A stretch of 64,000 nucleotides of DNA, taken from the NCBI RefSeq assembly GCF_022539665.2, contig NC_081331.1, forward strand, positions 6,262,001 through 6,326,000, written 5' to 3'. The notes below the pieces were generated by a model, which saw nothing but the letters and a program-made list of their open reading frames with translations, was not told the origin of the DNA and did no database searches. Positions 40,190-52,883 of the stretch are shown here, piece by piece. Position 1 is the first letter of the stretch. Every line of letters begins with the position of its first letter. This DNA is from Daphnia carinata. Its lineage: Eukaryota. The position numbers and the translations under genes were made by a program.

Positions 40190-42613
40190 TCATTTCGCGT
40201 TCAGGGGAAGCACAGGAGCACTGTGGGAGCTTGTGGTAGTTCTCTCTATAGATTTAATGGAACGGTTTATTTGTATCTGGACTGCTGGAACTGCCGATCG
40301 GACAACCGCCAGACTAATATTTGAAATAGCTAATTCTTCAGTCACGGCCGTCACATCATTATTGGATTCCAATTCTTCGTTTTTTTCTCCTGAAAATGAA
40401 CGGAAACCATTAAATGAAAGATCTAACTAGTAGATCAAATTGTCCTAATGATAGTTTTGAACACAAACAAAAAGCGAGAAGAAAAACAGAACAACTTAAA
40501 CGATAATCTGGGAATGAAATCCCAAACCGAATGCTGACCTATTGAAGCTAAGAGGATCATTGAAGGAATTATCACCAAGTCTGTTGAAGTTGTCCATCAT
40601 GACTACTGATGGCGATGACTGAGGCAACGGAAGGTCAAATTTGGCTTCGATTTCCCTTAAACTAGGCGGAATGATGTCCTCAGCATGACTTTCTGAGTAT
40701 TCTTCCTCTGCATAAATATTGGCGGCGGTGCCCAAAACCAGAATAATCAATCCACACACGAACAGCACCTAACGAACGGAGAATTCTTTAGGTATCTTGA
40801 GTGACAAAATTCTTCAAAGACCCACTTTGGCAATCCAGCGTTCACCAGAAGTCGATGGGGCAACTTGCAGATAAATCCACGCAGGCGCAACACAACAAAC
40901 TGCCGTTCCTAAAGTGGCACCCACCAGACCTAAAACGAACTCGACATTCGGAATGCAGATACCTACAGACACCAATCGATACGGATGCTTTCTTTTCCAT
41001 CTTATTGTAATAGATTTCAATAAGCTTTACCTATTACTAAGGTTGCCGTGACGATTATGAATGTCAGAATTTTGAAACGGAAATCCGAAAGCGAGCCGGT
41101 TGTTCCTCCTGCCATCCCGCCACTCGAATCAGACGTCTGAAGAGATTCCTCAAATAAAAAACAAACAAACAAAAGCAAACACTTTGGCATAACGATTAAA
41201 TCATCAATGAATTAAATCTTTACCTTTCCATACACTAATGAATGGAAGCTTGTCCTGCACGGCAAAACACACAACGGAAAGCTCAAGATAATCGATAGCA
41301 GGAATCCCACTTTCATAAGGTCAGTTACAAAAGACGGCGCAAAACTTATGAGGATATTGCCTAGTTAAGACAAAATATGACCCAATGAAATTCGTCAGAT
41401 TTTCGACAAAAGGTTTACAATGTGTTGACTTGCCGGTAAAATGCGTATCCGCAAAGGCTAGGTAGCCAGCTATTCCTACCCCCATGTAAATAAAAGTGCA
41501 CAAATCAATGGCTGTAGATACTACTCGATCCATTGCTTTTAGGGATGGTTCTGGTAGGGAATCATATACTTCAAACACCTGCCTATGGATTTAAAAAGTT
41601 GATCATTAAATTTGGCATTCTCCTTGTCGGTTTAAATGTTTCCACTCACGTTTGGCACGATAAAGCCATGGAAAATATCGGGACGCATTGGAGTACACCC
41701 CCCATTTTCCATACTTCAATATTTGAAGATATTCCTTCGGTTAGGCCCTGGACTCCAGCCTCAAAGAAGGACTGAAGAAGAAAAAAAAATCTTTCATAAA
41801 TGCACTGTTTCTTGGAAGCATACTTCATTTAGAAGGATGCATAAAACATAATTAGGGCAGGAAATCATGTACATACTTTTAAAACCAATAACATGTACAT
41901 AGCCACAGAAACTGTAGACATTACATTCAATGTTTCAATATCTCTCAAGAGGCTTAGAGGTAGTATGATGAACATGCTACTTCCTGTGTATGATTAAGTT
42001 ACATATTTTAGAACCTTATGGAAATAATCTCACTGGCATCCAGTAGAGAGCTTACCTGCCATAAGAAGTATTCGTGCTGACTGCAAGGAGTAATTTAGAC
42101 CTATTTTGTTTAATATTTCTGGACCGAGATCACCAAGTACAACGAGATAGGCAATGCAGCACCCCATGTTATAGCCTATGATACATACTTCAATCCACAG
42201 TTTTCCAAATGGTCCCATGACATCATAGGCTGTGGGGAAAAACGGGAGGGTAGTGTTTGTAAATGCTTAAAATGGAACATGCATGAGCAATTTGTTTAGG
42301 TTTCCTCATTTACCTAAGATTTCATAGTTCCTTCTTCTGGATATAAGTGAGGATTTGACAAGTTGATGACAACAAAGTTTTGTCATGATGCTGTTCAAAT
42401 ATAAAATTATGGAACCCAGAATAATTCCACACTGAAACGAGATTTCAAAGAAATAGTTAACTGAAAAACCGTGTCAGTAAACCTGGTGACTCAAACCATA
42501 CATACCTGTTTAAAACAAAATGGCATGGATAAAATACTTGCGCCGATGATTGAGTTTGCCAACATCATAGTATGTTTCGCATTCCCAGACAAAAAGTAAT
42601 CCAGGTTTATCAT
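40190..42613 (-). CDS. SLC38A10: SLC38A10-like sodium-coupled neutral amino acid transporter, multi-exon
   Basis: MLANSIIGASILSMPFCFKQ, GPFGKLWIE, CIAYLVVLGDLGP, CVPIFSMALSCQT, FEVYDSLPEPS and IPNVEFVLGLVGATLG. The last splice is ambiguous (two donors give different final frames), so the stop position is uncertain. Confidence 0.88.
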
Positions 42614-43447
42614 TTTGCTCACTGTTGTAAGATTTGGGTATCGCCTTGTACGGAACACGTTAGTTGTGTTTCTGGTTTTACATGTGAAAAACAACTCACA
42701 ATTGCATTCAAGAAGTTACTGTCAAAGCATTCACTGACAATTACTTAATGTACTTAAAATGAGGGCAGTAACATTTTTAGCTAATTTCTCAAGACTTCGT
42801 TTATAACGTGCTAAACAATTCTGACACAAACAGCTCCTCTTTTTCCTTTTCAGGTGGTTGAATGCCCAACTTTTCGGTTCAGTCTAATCGGTTTACGCAA
42901 AGGGGATTTAGCCAACTGGCTAGTGTCCTTTGAAAATCCCTCGACTGGGTTGGTTGCGGAAACCGAATTTCATTTGACAAAGTGATTCGTGGCACAGAAT
43001 ACGGAAAATATTTACGGAAACAGATGCGCTCTGCTTTATTCCAATTGTTTTCAAAATGCTTGCAATTCGACAATCATTGCAATAGAACGTTCATCGAAAA
43101 TGTCGAGTACCCGGGTAGGTTTTGAATCTTAGATGTAAATTTTTTTGGGACCCGAAATAAAGTTCGGTAATCGCTAATGCAATTCCGGTTTGCTTATGGT
43201 TGGGAGTGACGCTTAATGTTTTTTTTTAATTCATTCGGATGAAGACATTTTTTACGTCAAAAAACAAAAAAATATTACATAATCCTTGTCATCAAGCCCG
43301 CATATTGCTCAGGTTTTTCGACATCAGTTCATGACAAAACGATAATAACAAAAGAGTAAATAATACAAATTAGCTTTAGACTGGAATCTGAGTACTTGAA
43401 GCTGTAATATCCGCTTTCATAGTCTCATAGTCACTGGGATTTATACA

Positions 43448-45498
43448 TTACTTCTTAACGTCATTTCCACTGTCGGAGCTGCAAGAATCTTGTCGAGAAC
43501 GACGCCTTGATCTTTTCTTTGGTGAATCTGTTGATTCCTTCTTCGGAGCTTTGAATTCGGTAACACTAATTTGAAGATGCTTCTGCTTAGCTTTATTCAT
43601 CAATTCACTGCGCCGCACCACTTCGGGATATCTGTATCGACAACGAGAACATAAAGAAAACATTCATCATATTGTAAAACATAAAAATAAAAAGAAAAAA
43701 GAAAAAAGAAAAAATAAATTTTGAAAATAATTAAAACATACTTGTCGACAAAGGCTTGATCGAAAGGCAATTTGAATTCCCAACCATCTTTGGTCTTGAA
43801 CGCTATTTGCTCTAGAATAACCTTCATTTCCTCAGTTGGTATTTTAGTGGCGATTGTAACTGCTTTACGGTTCACACAACGTTTCAGCGTATACATGTAA
43901 AGCTTTAAACATCATACAAAAGAAAACAGAATTTGCTTAGTTATGACAGGCACAGACAATAATATAACATCCACAGGCCACAACGAAATGGACATAGAAT
44001 TACCGGAAAAGGAGTTTACTTACCACATAATCCCGGGCTTTGGTAATAATATCAGGGTGAATTCCTGAGATTCCACAGAGTTTAACTATCTTCTCTTTTT
44101 CTCCACTGGGATAAAGAATTTCACTCTTGACAACCCAGTTACCTTGAACTAATTCAGCCACCTGTTGCAATGATTTTAGGGCTTCCAGTCTAAGAGGTTC
44201 TTGTGTGATTTTTAAAGTAGTACACAATTTACTAAATCCAATAAGCTTGACTGATGCAAAAGAAATAGGTAATGTGAACATGTAAAATGATTTAAAGTGC
44301 TTTTACCATTAGCCATAAGATTTTTTATCCTATCAACGAGCTGGGGCAATGCTTGTAATTGGAACATTGATGCTGTTCCCAACGTAAGTTGTTTTTGAAC
44401 TTCATCATTTTCTAGACAAGGCCCAATCAAGTCAACAATGTATTTCTCTTTCGGCATCGTTAGATTTTGAACTGTCAAATCTGGTTTCCCGCATAAAAGG
44501 CGGTTTTTTTCCAACTAAAAACAAAGAAATAAATGTGCCTTCTGGTAATCATAAACCTATAATGTTATGCTACAAGTTACCAGAGATTCCTCAGAGTTCA
44601 ATGAACAGAACTTAGTGTTGTACCAGGGTTCTTCTGCATTCTTTTTCTGAAAAAATCCATAAGACTTTTCTCTAAGGGCTTTGCTTCTCTCTGTTTCTGT
44701 GCGAGCAAATTTAACAGTAACTTGTTCAGCAACATCTTCTTCATCCCCTGACTCTGGAAACAATAAATTTCATGTATGTTGGTTAGAAGAATGTTATTAC
44801 AAAAGTTACCAGTTGGCTCAGCTGCATTATCTTTGAGAGCTTTGTCCGATTTGTCCAAATATGGAAAAGAAGGTTTCACATGGAGAATTCCATGTAATGG
44901 ATTGAGGTGTAGCTCATTGTCAATCAGGATACCAACAGCAAATCTTCCTGGATCTAACAGTGCTTTGGTAGAGGTGTAGGTGATTTTGTCCATGAGCGAA
45001 CTTTTAATAAAAACAAAACAACAGTGTTAAATGATGTAACTGAAGATTGGGCTAGACAGAGACACACCCTCTGAAAAAGTTTTGATGATCAGGTTTGTCA
45101 TATTTGTTATGCCCATCTGTATTGATAACAATTTGTTCGCCTTTGCTTCTATCATAGTTTGGTGTGGTGGTTGATAATTCAAGCTCTAATTCAACTTCCT
45201 GAAGTTTGGGCTTAATCCTTGACTGAAATTTTAGGACACTTATTAATTATTTCTTACATTGAAATTCATGAGTATTAATAGTTACAGCAATGACATTAGG
45301 TTTATCAATTTCAACTGCAACAGAACGTAGTGGGTATTGGAAAACATATAGTTTTTGGAGTAAATTTTTTGATAGAAAGACTGGAATCTGTAAAATGGGA
45401 GGAATGTAACAGAATTTTTAGCTTAATACAGTTATCAACCTTGAGCCTACCTCTTTAACAATCTCGTCATTTTCCATTTCTACCTTTACGTTTGACAT
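43448..45498 (-). CDS. POLR3E: RNA polymerase III subunit RPC5 (Sin-like), multi-exon
   Basis: DEIVKE|IPVFLSK..LYVFQYPLR, RIKPKLQEVELEL, LHLNPLHGILHVKPSFPYLDKSD, VTVKFAR, VAELVQGNWVVKSE and WEFKLPFD. Confidence 0.93.
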
Positions 45499-46294
45499 TT
45501 CAGCCTTGCCTTGCTTAAATTTTCAGTTAAAACTACAAATCATGAAGTATCGCCGCCACAACGTGGATACGGCTCGCACACTATACTTAGTAGATGTTTT
45601 TGAAATACTAGACTAATCGTCTGCTAGAGAGAAAAAAACAACAAAAGACAGTCGAGCTCTGAATTCAGAGGAAAAAAATTAGAACTAAATAAAACAATTT
45701 TGGTGTCAAATTAAAGATTTCAATTTAAGCACTAGCTGATCCTGCTAATCGCAAAACTAGGTTGATATTAACTGTCCTACCAAACACAAAGTAAGTACTG
45801 TTCAAAATTAACTTGCTAGATCAAATCCGGGTACAATGATATTAAGTAGCCTATATCGAATATTCTTAATTAATGGCCTAAACCAAGTAAATGTTACGTT
45901 GATGTCATACCCTTGGGGGTATCTGAGAGTTGATACTTCGTCATATACATACGCTCGTTTCCAAGAACAAAGACGACTAACATAATGGAACAGCCGAAAA
46001 TAATTTAATTATCCAGGTTGTCATTGCTAAAATTCACAACACATAACTGTGTTAAAGCAATATTATTCGTGTGATCATAAATGGACATAGGAATTCTTTC
46101 AGTAAACTTAAATCTTTGGAGTAAAACATTGCACCTGTTGAATATAAGGTAGGAGGAGGAGTACGAAAACTGTTCTGAAAATCAAGTTCCTACGTGTTTC
46201 CCGTAGGGTATAGGAATTGCAAAGGGGGAGGCTGGCGGCAAAAAGAAAAAAAAAAGAAAAAGAAGACGTGTAGGGGTTAGGGGTGGTAAGGGAC

Positions 46295-46302
46295 TATAAA
46301 AA
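46295..46302 (+). promoter_or_regulatory. TATA box of the H2B variant gene
   Basis: TATAAAAA ~110 bp upstream of the ATG, preceded by a G-rich tract. Confidence 0.5.
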
Positions 46303-46408
46303 CCGACGTCTAGTTCAATCTTAGTAAGAGAATCGTTACAGCTCTGCTAGATTCCAGTCCTTATAGTTGGCAAGTCAAAGAACAGGGGAAAAAAGAAGAG
46401 AAAAGAAA

Positions 46409-46941
<533 letters not shown>

Positions 46942-47541
46942 AAATGCTTGACCGAGTGGGTCAATTCGGTAGACTGCAATGTTATTTTTATCAAGATTTT
47001 CTTTTTACTTCTTCCAAATTTCTACTTCAATCATAGCTGTATTCATTCTTCATGATGTCGATAAGGGATGGAAAAACGCGATTTCTATTCATCGGTTCAA
47101 TTCTGTGACTTGTAATATAAACTAGAATGTGATCATTCTTGCTCCATACGTACCATTTAGGTGAGATGAAAATCTGGTCATGAATACATTTCTTAATTTC
47201 ATAGCCCTTGCCTGTTGGAAGTGTCTTCTCCGTTTTATTAAACTTGGGGGCCCTTAGAGGCAAGAGTAGTTCGTTCAAATGTTAACCGAAGTCTTAAAAA
47301 AAAGGCAAAATACCAATCCGCGCATGCTATAGAAATTGGTGACTGAGGAAGTCAAAATTTCGCAATAACTGATGAAACAATTTAGTAAAGTTAATTATCA
47401 TGGGAGAAATTATAACCCTAGTGTTGGAATTAGACTCTAGGAAACGTGGTTAAAAAAAAGTTATGATGTGGATCAGATAAATAATTAGTTTTAAAGCCTC
47501 GAGTCAAAGCCAGGTACCAAGCCGACGACGTTCTCATCGAG

Positions 47542-47561
47542 AAACATGTCTGCACTTGCCC
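47542..47561. promoter_or_regulatory. p53 response element (two decamers, zero spacer) upstream of the p53-family gene
   Basis: AAACATGTCT GCACTTGCCC matches RRRCWWGYYY x2 at 19/20 positions. Confidence 0.6.
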
Positions 47562-47756
47562 AAAATTACTTGTCAAGTGGGCAAAATCGGGGAGGGGGGA
47601 GGGAGTCAGTGATCGGCGATCAGCCGCTGTGAGTCAAGACGGTCAAGTGTTCAACTAGTTAACCTGTTGCTTTAGCCTTTGACTGGACGCTCAATTGTTT
47701 CATCATCATTCGTTCTTTGAAAGTGATACCTCTTAAGCCTATGAGAACGTTTTACC

Positions 47757-49344
47757 ATGGATGGTCAACAACCCTATTACAATCAAAATAATTGGCACTC
47801 TAATGAGTAAGAAACTATTTTATAATGTCCTATTTTAAGTTCCTAAACAAAACACGTTTTTCTCATTTTCTGCCTGTCCTCAACAGCCAGGACAATGATG
47901 ATATCTTTCTGACTCATTCTCAAACACAAACAATCATACAAAATTTGGTGGAAAGTCCGCCACCTTTTATTGATGATCCAGCTGTCGCAGTAGATAATGG
48001 AAGTTTCATGGATCATGGCACAGATACCTATAATGAATTCCCACACCATCAGTTGACAGACCAGGCTTATCACCCCAACAGTGACTGTGTCATGCTTGAG
48101 GAACAAAGTCACATACCAGTAAACACTAATTCATCCTTTATGAGTGTTAGTGAAATCCCAGCCATGGAATTGTGGCCTGGGCATTTGAACTTTGCAGTTG
48201 AGTTTAGTAAAGCTCAAGATAAAACGAAAGCAACACCTTGGATTGTAAGTGTCCTGTTCTTCTCTAGTTTTGTGTGATAAGTAACCCTTTTTAATTTTTT
48301 AAAATTAGTTTTCCACAAAACTGAAAAAATTGTTTGTTAGTATGGACAAAGCCTGCCCAATATCATTTAAGATGGATAATCTTCCTCAAGAATTTCACAG
48401 ATATTTTATTCGAGGACAAATGGTCTACTCTAAGGCTGATCACTTCCATGGTATATGAACACCTTATAACTATACATTTAAAGTGGATTAAACTGGGTCT
48501 TGCCTATTTGGCGTTCACAGATCACGTCGAACGCTGCCCCACACATAGGGTGATGGGCTTGCAATCGCCTCATGCACCTCATGTATTACGTTGTGAAGAT
48601 ACCAACTCAACGTATTTTGAACATAGCGATAAGAGACATTCGGTTGTTGTTCCTCTTAAACCGCCTGCTCCTGGAACCCAGTCGGTGTCCTTATGCTACA
48701 AATTTATGTGTCTTTCTAGCTGCCAGGGTGGCTTGAATAGACGACCCACGAAGCTTATATTCACATTAGAAACGTTGGAGTAAGGTTTTTTTTTTTCAAT
48801 TGCAAGCCATTTAGATATCTTAAAATGTATCTTTTTATTTCTCTTGAATATTTAGCAGCCAGGTGGTTGGCCGGTATGCATGTGATGTTCGCATATGTAG
48901 TTGTCCCGGACGTGACATTAGGGCTGAGGAAGGAAAGGCAGAAAAGAATCATACAACCGAACAAACCGCCAAAGAATCGGAGGCCCCCGAACTGATTCCC
49001 ATCGAATTGCCTCCCATTGCCCTCCAGAAAGGAAAAATGAAGAAAAGAAAAGCTACTCCAGCAGCCCCTCCTATTCCTCCACCCACAGAACCATCCGGGG
49101 ACCAAGAAGATGATGATGGAATTTACAATTTTAACATTGATGTAATAATGCAACAAGCAGTCAAGAAAATCATGATCTGATGTTGTAACTTTTCCGATTA
49201 TAGATTCCCGGAAGAAGAAATTACTTGTTCATCAGGGATTTTGTCACTCGTTTTCTGAATGACTACGCTTCACGTCCTGCAGATAGCAACAAACACAGCG
49301 ATCACAACGATACCTTTAAGCGTTTTAAGAAAGAGCAGCCTTAA
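47757..49344 (+). CDS. p53: p53-family transcription factor; exons 47757-47806, 47887-48244, 48309-48450, 48521-48779, 48856-49141, 49204-49344; ~411 aa; no SAM domain
   Basis: DNA-binding domain motifs WPGHLNF, FSTKLKKLFV, HVERCPTH, RHSVVVP, YKFMCLSSCQGGLNRRP and DVRICSCPGRD, with all Zn ligands and the R248/R273 equivalents. NLS KMKKRK. Oligomerisation-like IYNFNIDIPGRRNYLFIRDF. Exon lengths sum to 1236 nt, in frame. Confidence 0.95.
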
Positions 49345-49879
49345 TCGTGATAACAATAATTGAAGAGTGCAGTTTTTTTTGGACACAGTTTTATTCTTCT
49401 TAACGTTTATCTCTTTTTTCTCAGTTCTAGCAATATCATGATTAATTTTTCCTATCAGCTGTGCATGGTGATGACGGATTTTCTTTTTTCTTTAAATACA
49501 AATTCCGCTACCAGACTGTACGGCAACTTAAGTGAAAGCCTAAGTAAAAGAGCTTATGTGTCAAATAGACTGCAAGTGAATGAGAGATATTATTGCTATT
49601 ACATCCCCTGAATTCTGTTTTGTTTGTCTTCTTTTTTTTTTTTTTTGTTCTCCAATAATTGATTTGTCGAGTCTCGATACCTAGAATCATTAAACTTTTG
49701 GTTTAATTTGGTGAAACTCAGGTGGCGTTCTTGTGCGTAGCAGAAGAAATACTTATAAGCAAAGCAACGTGAATTTTATGAATTCGAGCGCCTTTAAAAA
49801 CATTTGAGCAATTACTTGTTATTTCGTGACTACGAAGGAACGTAGTCTAATAATCGGTCTGCATTGACCTTCACAAGGC

Positions 49880-50734
49880 ATGTTTGTTCTTTCTCTGGTG
49901 AAGCAGACTGTAAGAGTCCCTGCTGAGAAGTTCAATAGGGATGTTGATCAAGCCCTTTCTGAAGAGTTGAACTTGAAGTTTGCCAATAAAGTAGATTTTG
50001 TAGATGACCTTTTAAGTAAAAATGTTGTATTAATCATTTTTCAAAATTTAGGTTGTGCTGGATGTAGGGCTATGCATTGCACTATGGGATATACTTAAGC
50101 GTGGGGAAAGTTTCATTTTACCTGGGGATAGTGGTCATCACACCAAAGTTGAATTTCGTTATGTAGTATTTCGGCCATTTATGGAACAAGTACTTGTTGG
50201 ACGTATAAAAAACTGTGATAAGGAATCTGTCCAAGGTAACTAGTTTTAGTTCAATTGAACTTAAGCTTTTACTGAACATATTTTCTGTACAGTTACATTA
50301 GGATTCTTCGATGACATCTACATCCCTGCTGAGAACTTACAAAAGAACTCTAGATTTGATGAAACAGAGCATGCATGGGTTTGGGAGTATGAATCAGAAG
50401 ATGGGAACCACGATCTCTTCATGGATACAGGTATAACTCTAAAGTAGTAGCTTTATTCTTACAAAACAAACTATTTGCCAATCCTCTATCAGGAGAAGAA
50501 ATCCGCTTTAAGGTTGTTGCCGAAGATTTCACCGACACGACCCCATCTGGTCCTAGCAATGAAACCCATGACCCCTCATTAGATCCGTCGGACAACAAAA
50601 AAATGGCTTATCGAATAACGGTGAAATTAACAAAAACAGATAAATTTCTGATTTCTATAATGAAATTTTTTGTATGATTTCAGGCATCTATAAATGAATC
50701 AGGATTAGGCTTGCTCTCTTGGTGGGCTAGTTGA
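49880..50734 (+). CDS. POLR3H: RNA polymerase III subunit RPC8 (RPC25), multi-exon
   Basis: [56 protein letters not shown] and C-terminal [15 protein letters not shown]. Confidence 0.95.
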
Positions 50735-51614
50735 ATTGGTAAATGGTTGTCTTGTTTTAAATTTAAATAAAACCAAAACTAAAATGTTACTTAGATATTT
50801 AATTATTCCCCAATGCCTGTGATTCTTTTGTGGGGTTCAGGAAAATACTGATAATTATTTAAATTATATATATTTATTTTATTTATAGTATTACGCCTTT
50901 GTACAAGCTTTTTTATGAGGCGCTGAATCCGGGCTGTAGAAAACAAAGGGCCAAGAATGGGAACAGAAGAATCTGCACAGATTTCAGTACAAACATTAAT
51001 TATTTACTGTAGGAAATTTTATTGCATCAACAACCTAAACTGCCATACGTGGGCTCAGTGGACGCGTTCAGCCGCCACAAAAAAAAAGAAAAAAAAATAC
51101 GTGCGTTTTTTTTGGGGGATCTATATATCTACTTTTAAAATAATTAAACAGAGTAAGATCTTGATTTAGTTACGACGTAGGATCTCCGTGACGTAATAAA
51201 AAAATGTCTGCTAAAGATGTGTAATTACAGATTTTTCAATTGTTAGTATCAATTGATCATCACCAACGGTCGAAAATTCAAAAACAAAATTATTCCGCGC
51301 AATCTGGATTTTGTCTTGCGGATGTCTGTCTCCTACCGTGTTTCAAAGACATTATAGTTTTTTTTTAAATGTTGGTCTTATAATAAAAACATTAAAATCA
51401 TTGAGGTGCGATTAATTAAGTAAATTTCAAATCAATCATTTTTATTGTTAAACTTTTTCAGGAAATGATTTAAAATTCATCTCAAGCCGTGAATCTCCAT
51501 TATGATGGACATGTCCTGTGTCTCGTTACGTACATAGGCAGACATTTGAAATGGCAAATTTCATACAAGTTTTTTTTGCAGGAAGCAATCAAAGGATTCA
51601 TTATCTTTTCCAGG

Positions 51615-52616
51615 ATGTCTTCATCTGTGAAACTACCATCTAATGTGATCAGTGCAGTGGCCTTTGGAGCCGGTGTTGTTGCAATCGGATGGCTAGGTTG
51701 GAAAGCCTATGCTAAACTGAGCGCGCGCATCGTGCAAGTCAGTGGATGCGATCCTGTGCAAGGACAGATCGTTTCGATTGACGCGGCATTACCGGAAGAT
51801 TGTCCGGCAGTGGATGAGGTTAACAACGTGCCACTCGAAGATGACGAGAAAGTGGCGGACGTTCCGGAAGCTGCCATTGGCGATTTGGAAGAGGAGCCAA
51901 GCTGCGCACCATCGTTCGACGCTGTGCAATATCCTTGTGCAGCGGACTCTGGTGTCGATTCCATTGTTGTCATTGTTAACGAGGATACTTCACCATCTGT
52001 GGACCAAGTGTGCGATTCCATCAAAGAGGGCCCATTGCCTGAGCCAACTGCTGATGAAGTCTGTGCAGAACATCCTGTCTCTTCCACCCGGCACGAGCTT
52101 GTCGAGGATGTTCTTGTTCCTGCAGGCGGACAGTTGGTTGATGGAGATGCTAGTGCGGTCCCAGATGCTCCTGCTCGTGCATATCGAGTGAGGAAACCAC
52201 ACAAGGCATTGTGGAATGCCTCCTACCAACGTCGACTGGCCAGAAGAGCGAAGGAGAGGGAAGAGAGGGCTGCCATGGAACAGCAAGCATTCAGCAACGT
52301 CTGTTCAACCTCTGAACCCGTTGTTACTGCCACTGATGAGGATGCCGCTGCCCGAGCCAACCCAGAATCTGTCCCTATCCAATCGGCTGACGTTCCCGCT
52401 TGTGAGGAACATACCCCTGCTTCTAGCCAACAGAAGCTTCCTGTTGCTCCAGTTCAAGATCGATCTGGCGATTTAGCTGCTATGTCTCTCGAGGAACTTT
52501 CTGCCGTCGCAGTCGAGGATGTGTCCTATTGGCCAAACAAGACATGCTGGAATGTCAGCTTTCAACGACGATATCTTGTGCGACTGAAACTCAGCCTCAA
52601 AGGGCAATCTTGGTAG
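51615..52616 (+). CDS. Orphan 333 aa single-coding-exon protein: N-terminal hydrophobic signal-anchor, acidic low-complexity body, two WNxS[YF]QRR motifs
   Basis: 1002 nt ORF that is GC-richer than its flanks. ATG follows ttttccag. TM-like VISAVAFGAGVVAIGWLGW is followed by KAYAK. AATAAA at 52970. No family recognised. Confidence 0.75.
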   Translation: MSSSVKLPSNVISAVAFGAGVVAIGWLGWKAYAKLSARIVQVSGCDPVQGQIVSIDAALPEDCPAVDEVNNVPLEDDEKVADVPEAAIGDLEEEPSCAPSFDAVQYPCAADSGVDSIVVIVNEDTSPSVDQVCDSIKEGPLPEPTADEVCAEHPVSSTRHELVEDVLVPAGGQLVDGDASAVPDAPARAYRVRKPHKALWNASYQRRLARRAKEREERAAMEQQAFSNVCSTSEPVVTATDEDAAARANPESVPIQSADVPACEEHTPASSQQKLPVAPVQDRSGDLAAMSLEELSAVAVEDVSYWPNKTCWNVSFQRRYLVRLKLSLKGQSW

Positions 52617-52687
52617 AAAAATTGGCTAGTAGAGCCTTTTTGTTCTCTTTCTTTTTGTTTGTCCAATATCTGAGCAGAAACCGTAAA

Positions 52688-52883
52688 CCAAAATTTCTTT
52701 TACATATTCCCTTTCGGTTTTGTAAGTCTTGTTTCCCAAAATTCCTTGTACATAGTATTCCCATTTGTTTTTTTTGCTACATTCACAGCAAAAACAGTTC
52801 ATCAAAATTTCTTGTACATATTCCATTTCGGCTTTGTAAATTCGGAGCAAATTTTGAATTGTACCTTCTGTACATATTCTTCC
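52688..52883 (+). repeat. Degenerate tandem repeats in the orphan gene 3' UTR carrying TGTACATA
   Basis: Four related copies of AAAATTYCTTGTACATATTCC at ~52688, 52736, 52802 and 52864. Confidence 0.75.

Noticed and set aside
46949..46965. Hairpin after the H2B stop as a histone stem-loop
   Set aside because: Sequence and 5 nt loop do not match the SLBP-bound GGYYCTTTTCAGRRCC consensus.
51860..51900. AAIGDL in the orphan protein as a BH3 motif
   Set aside because: It lacks the conserved Leu of LxxxGD and sits in a Pro/acidic context unlikely to be helical.
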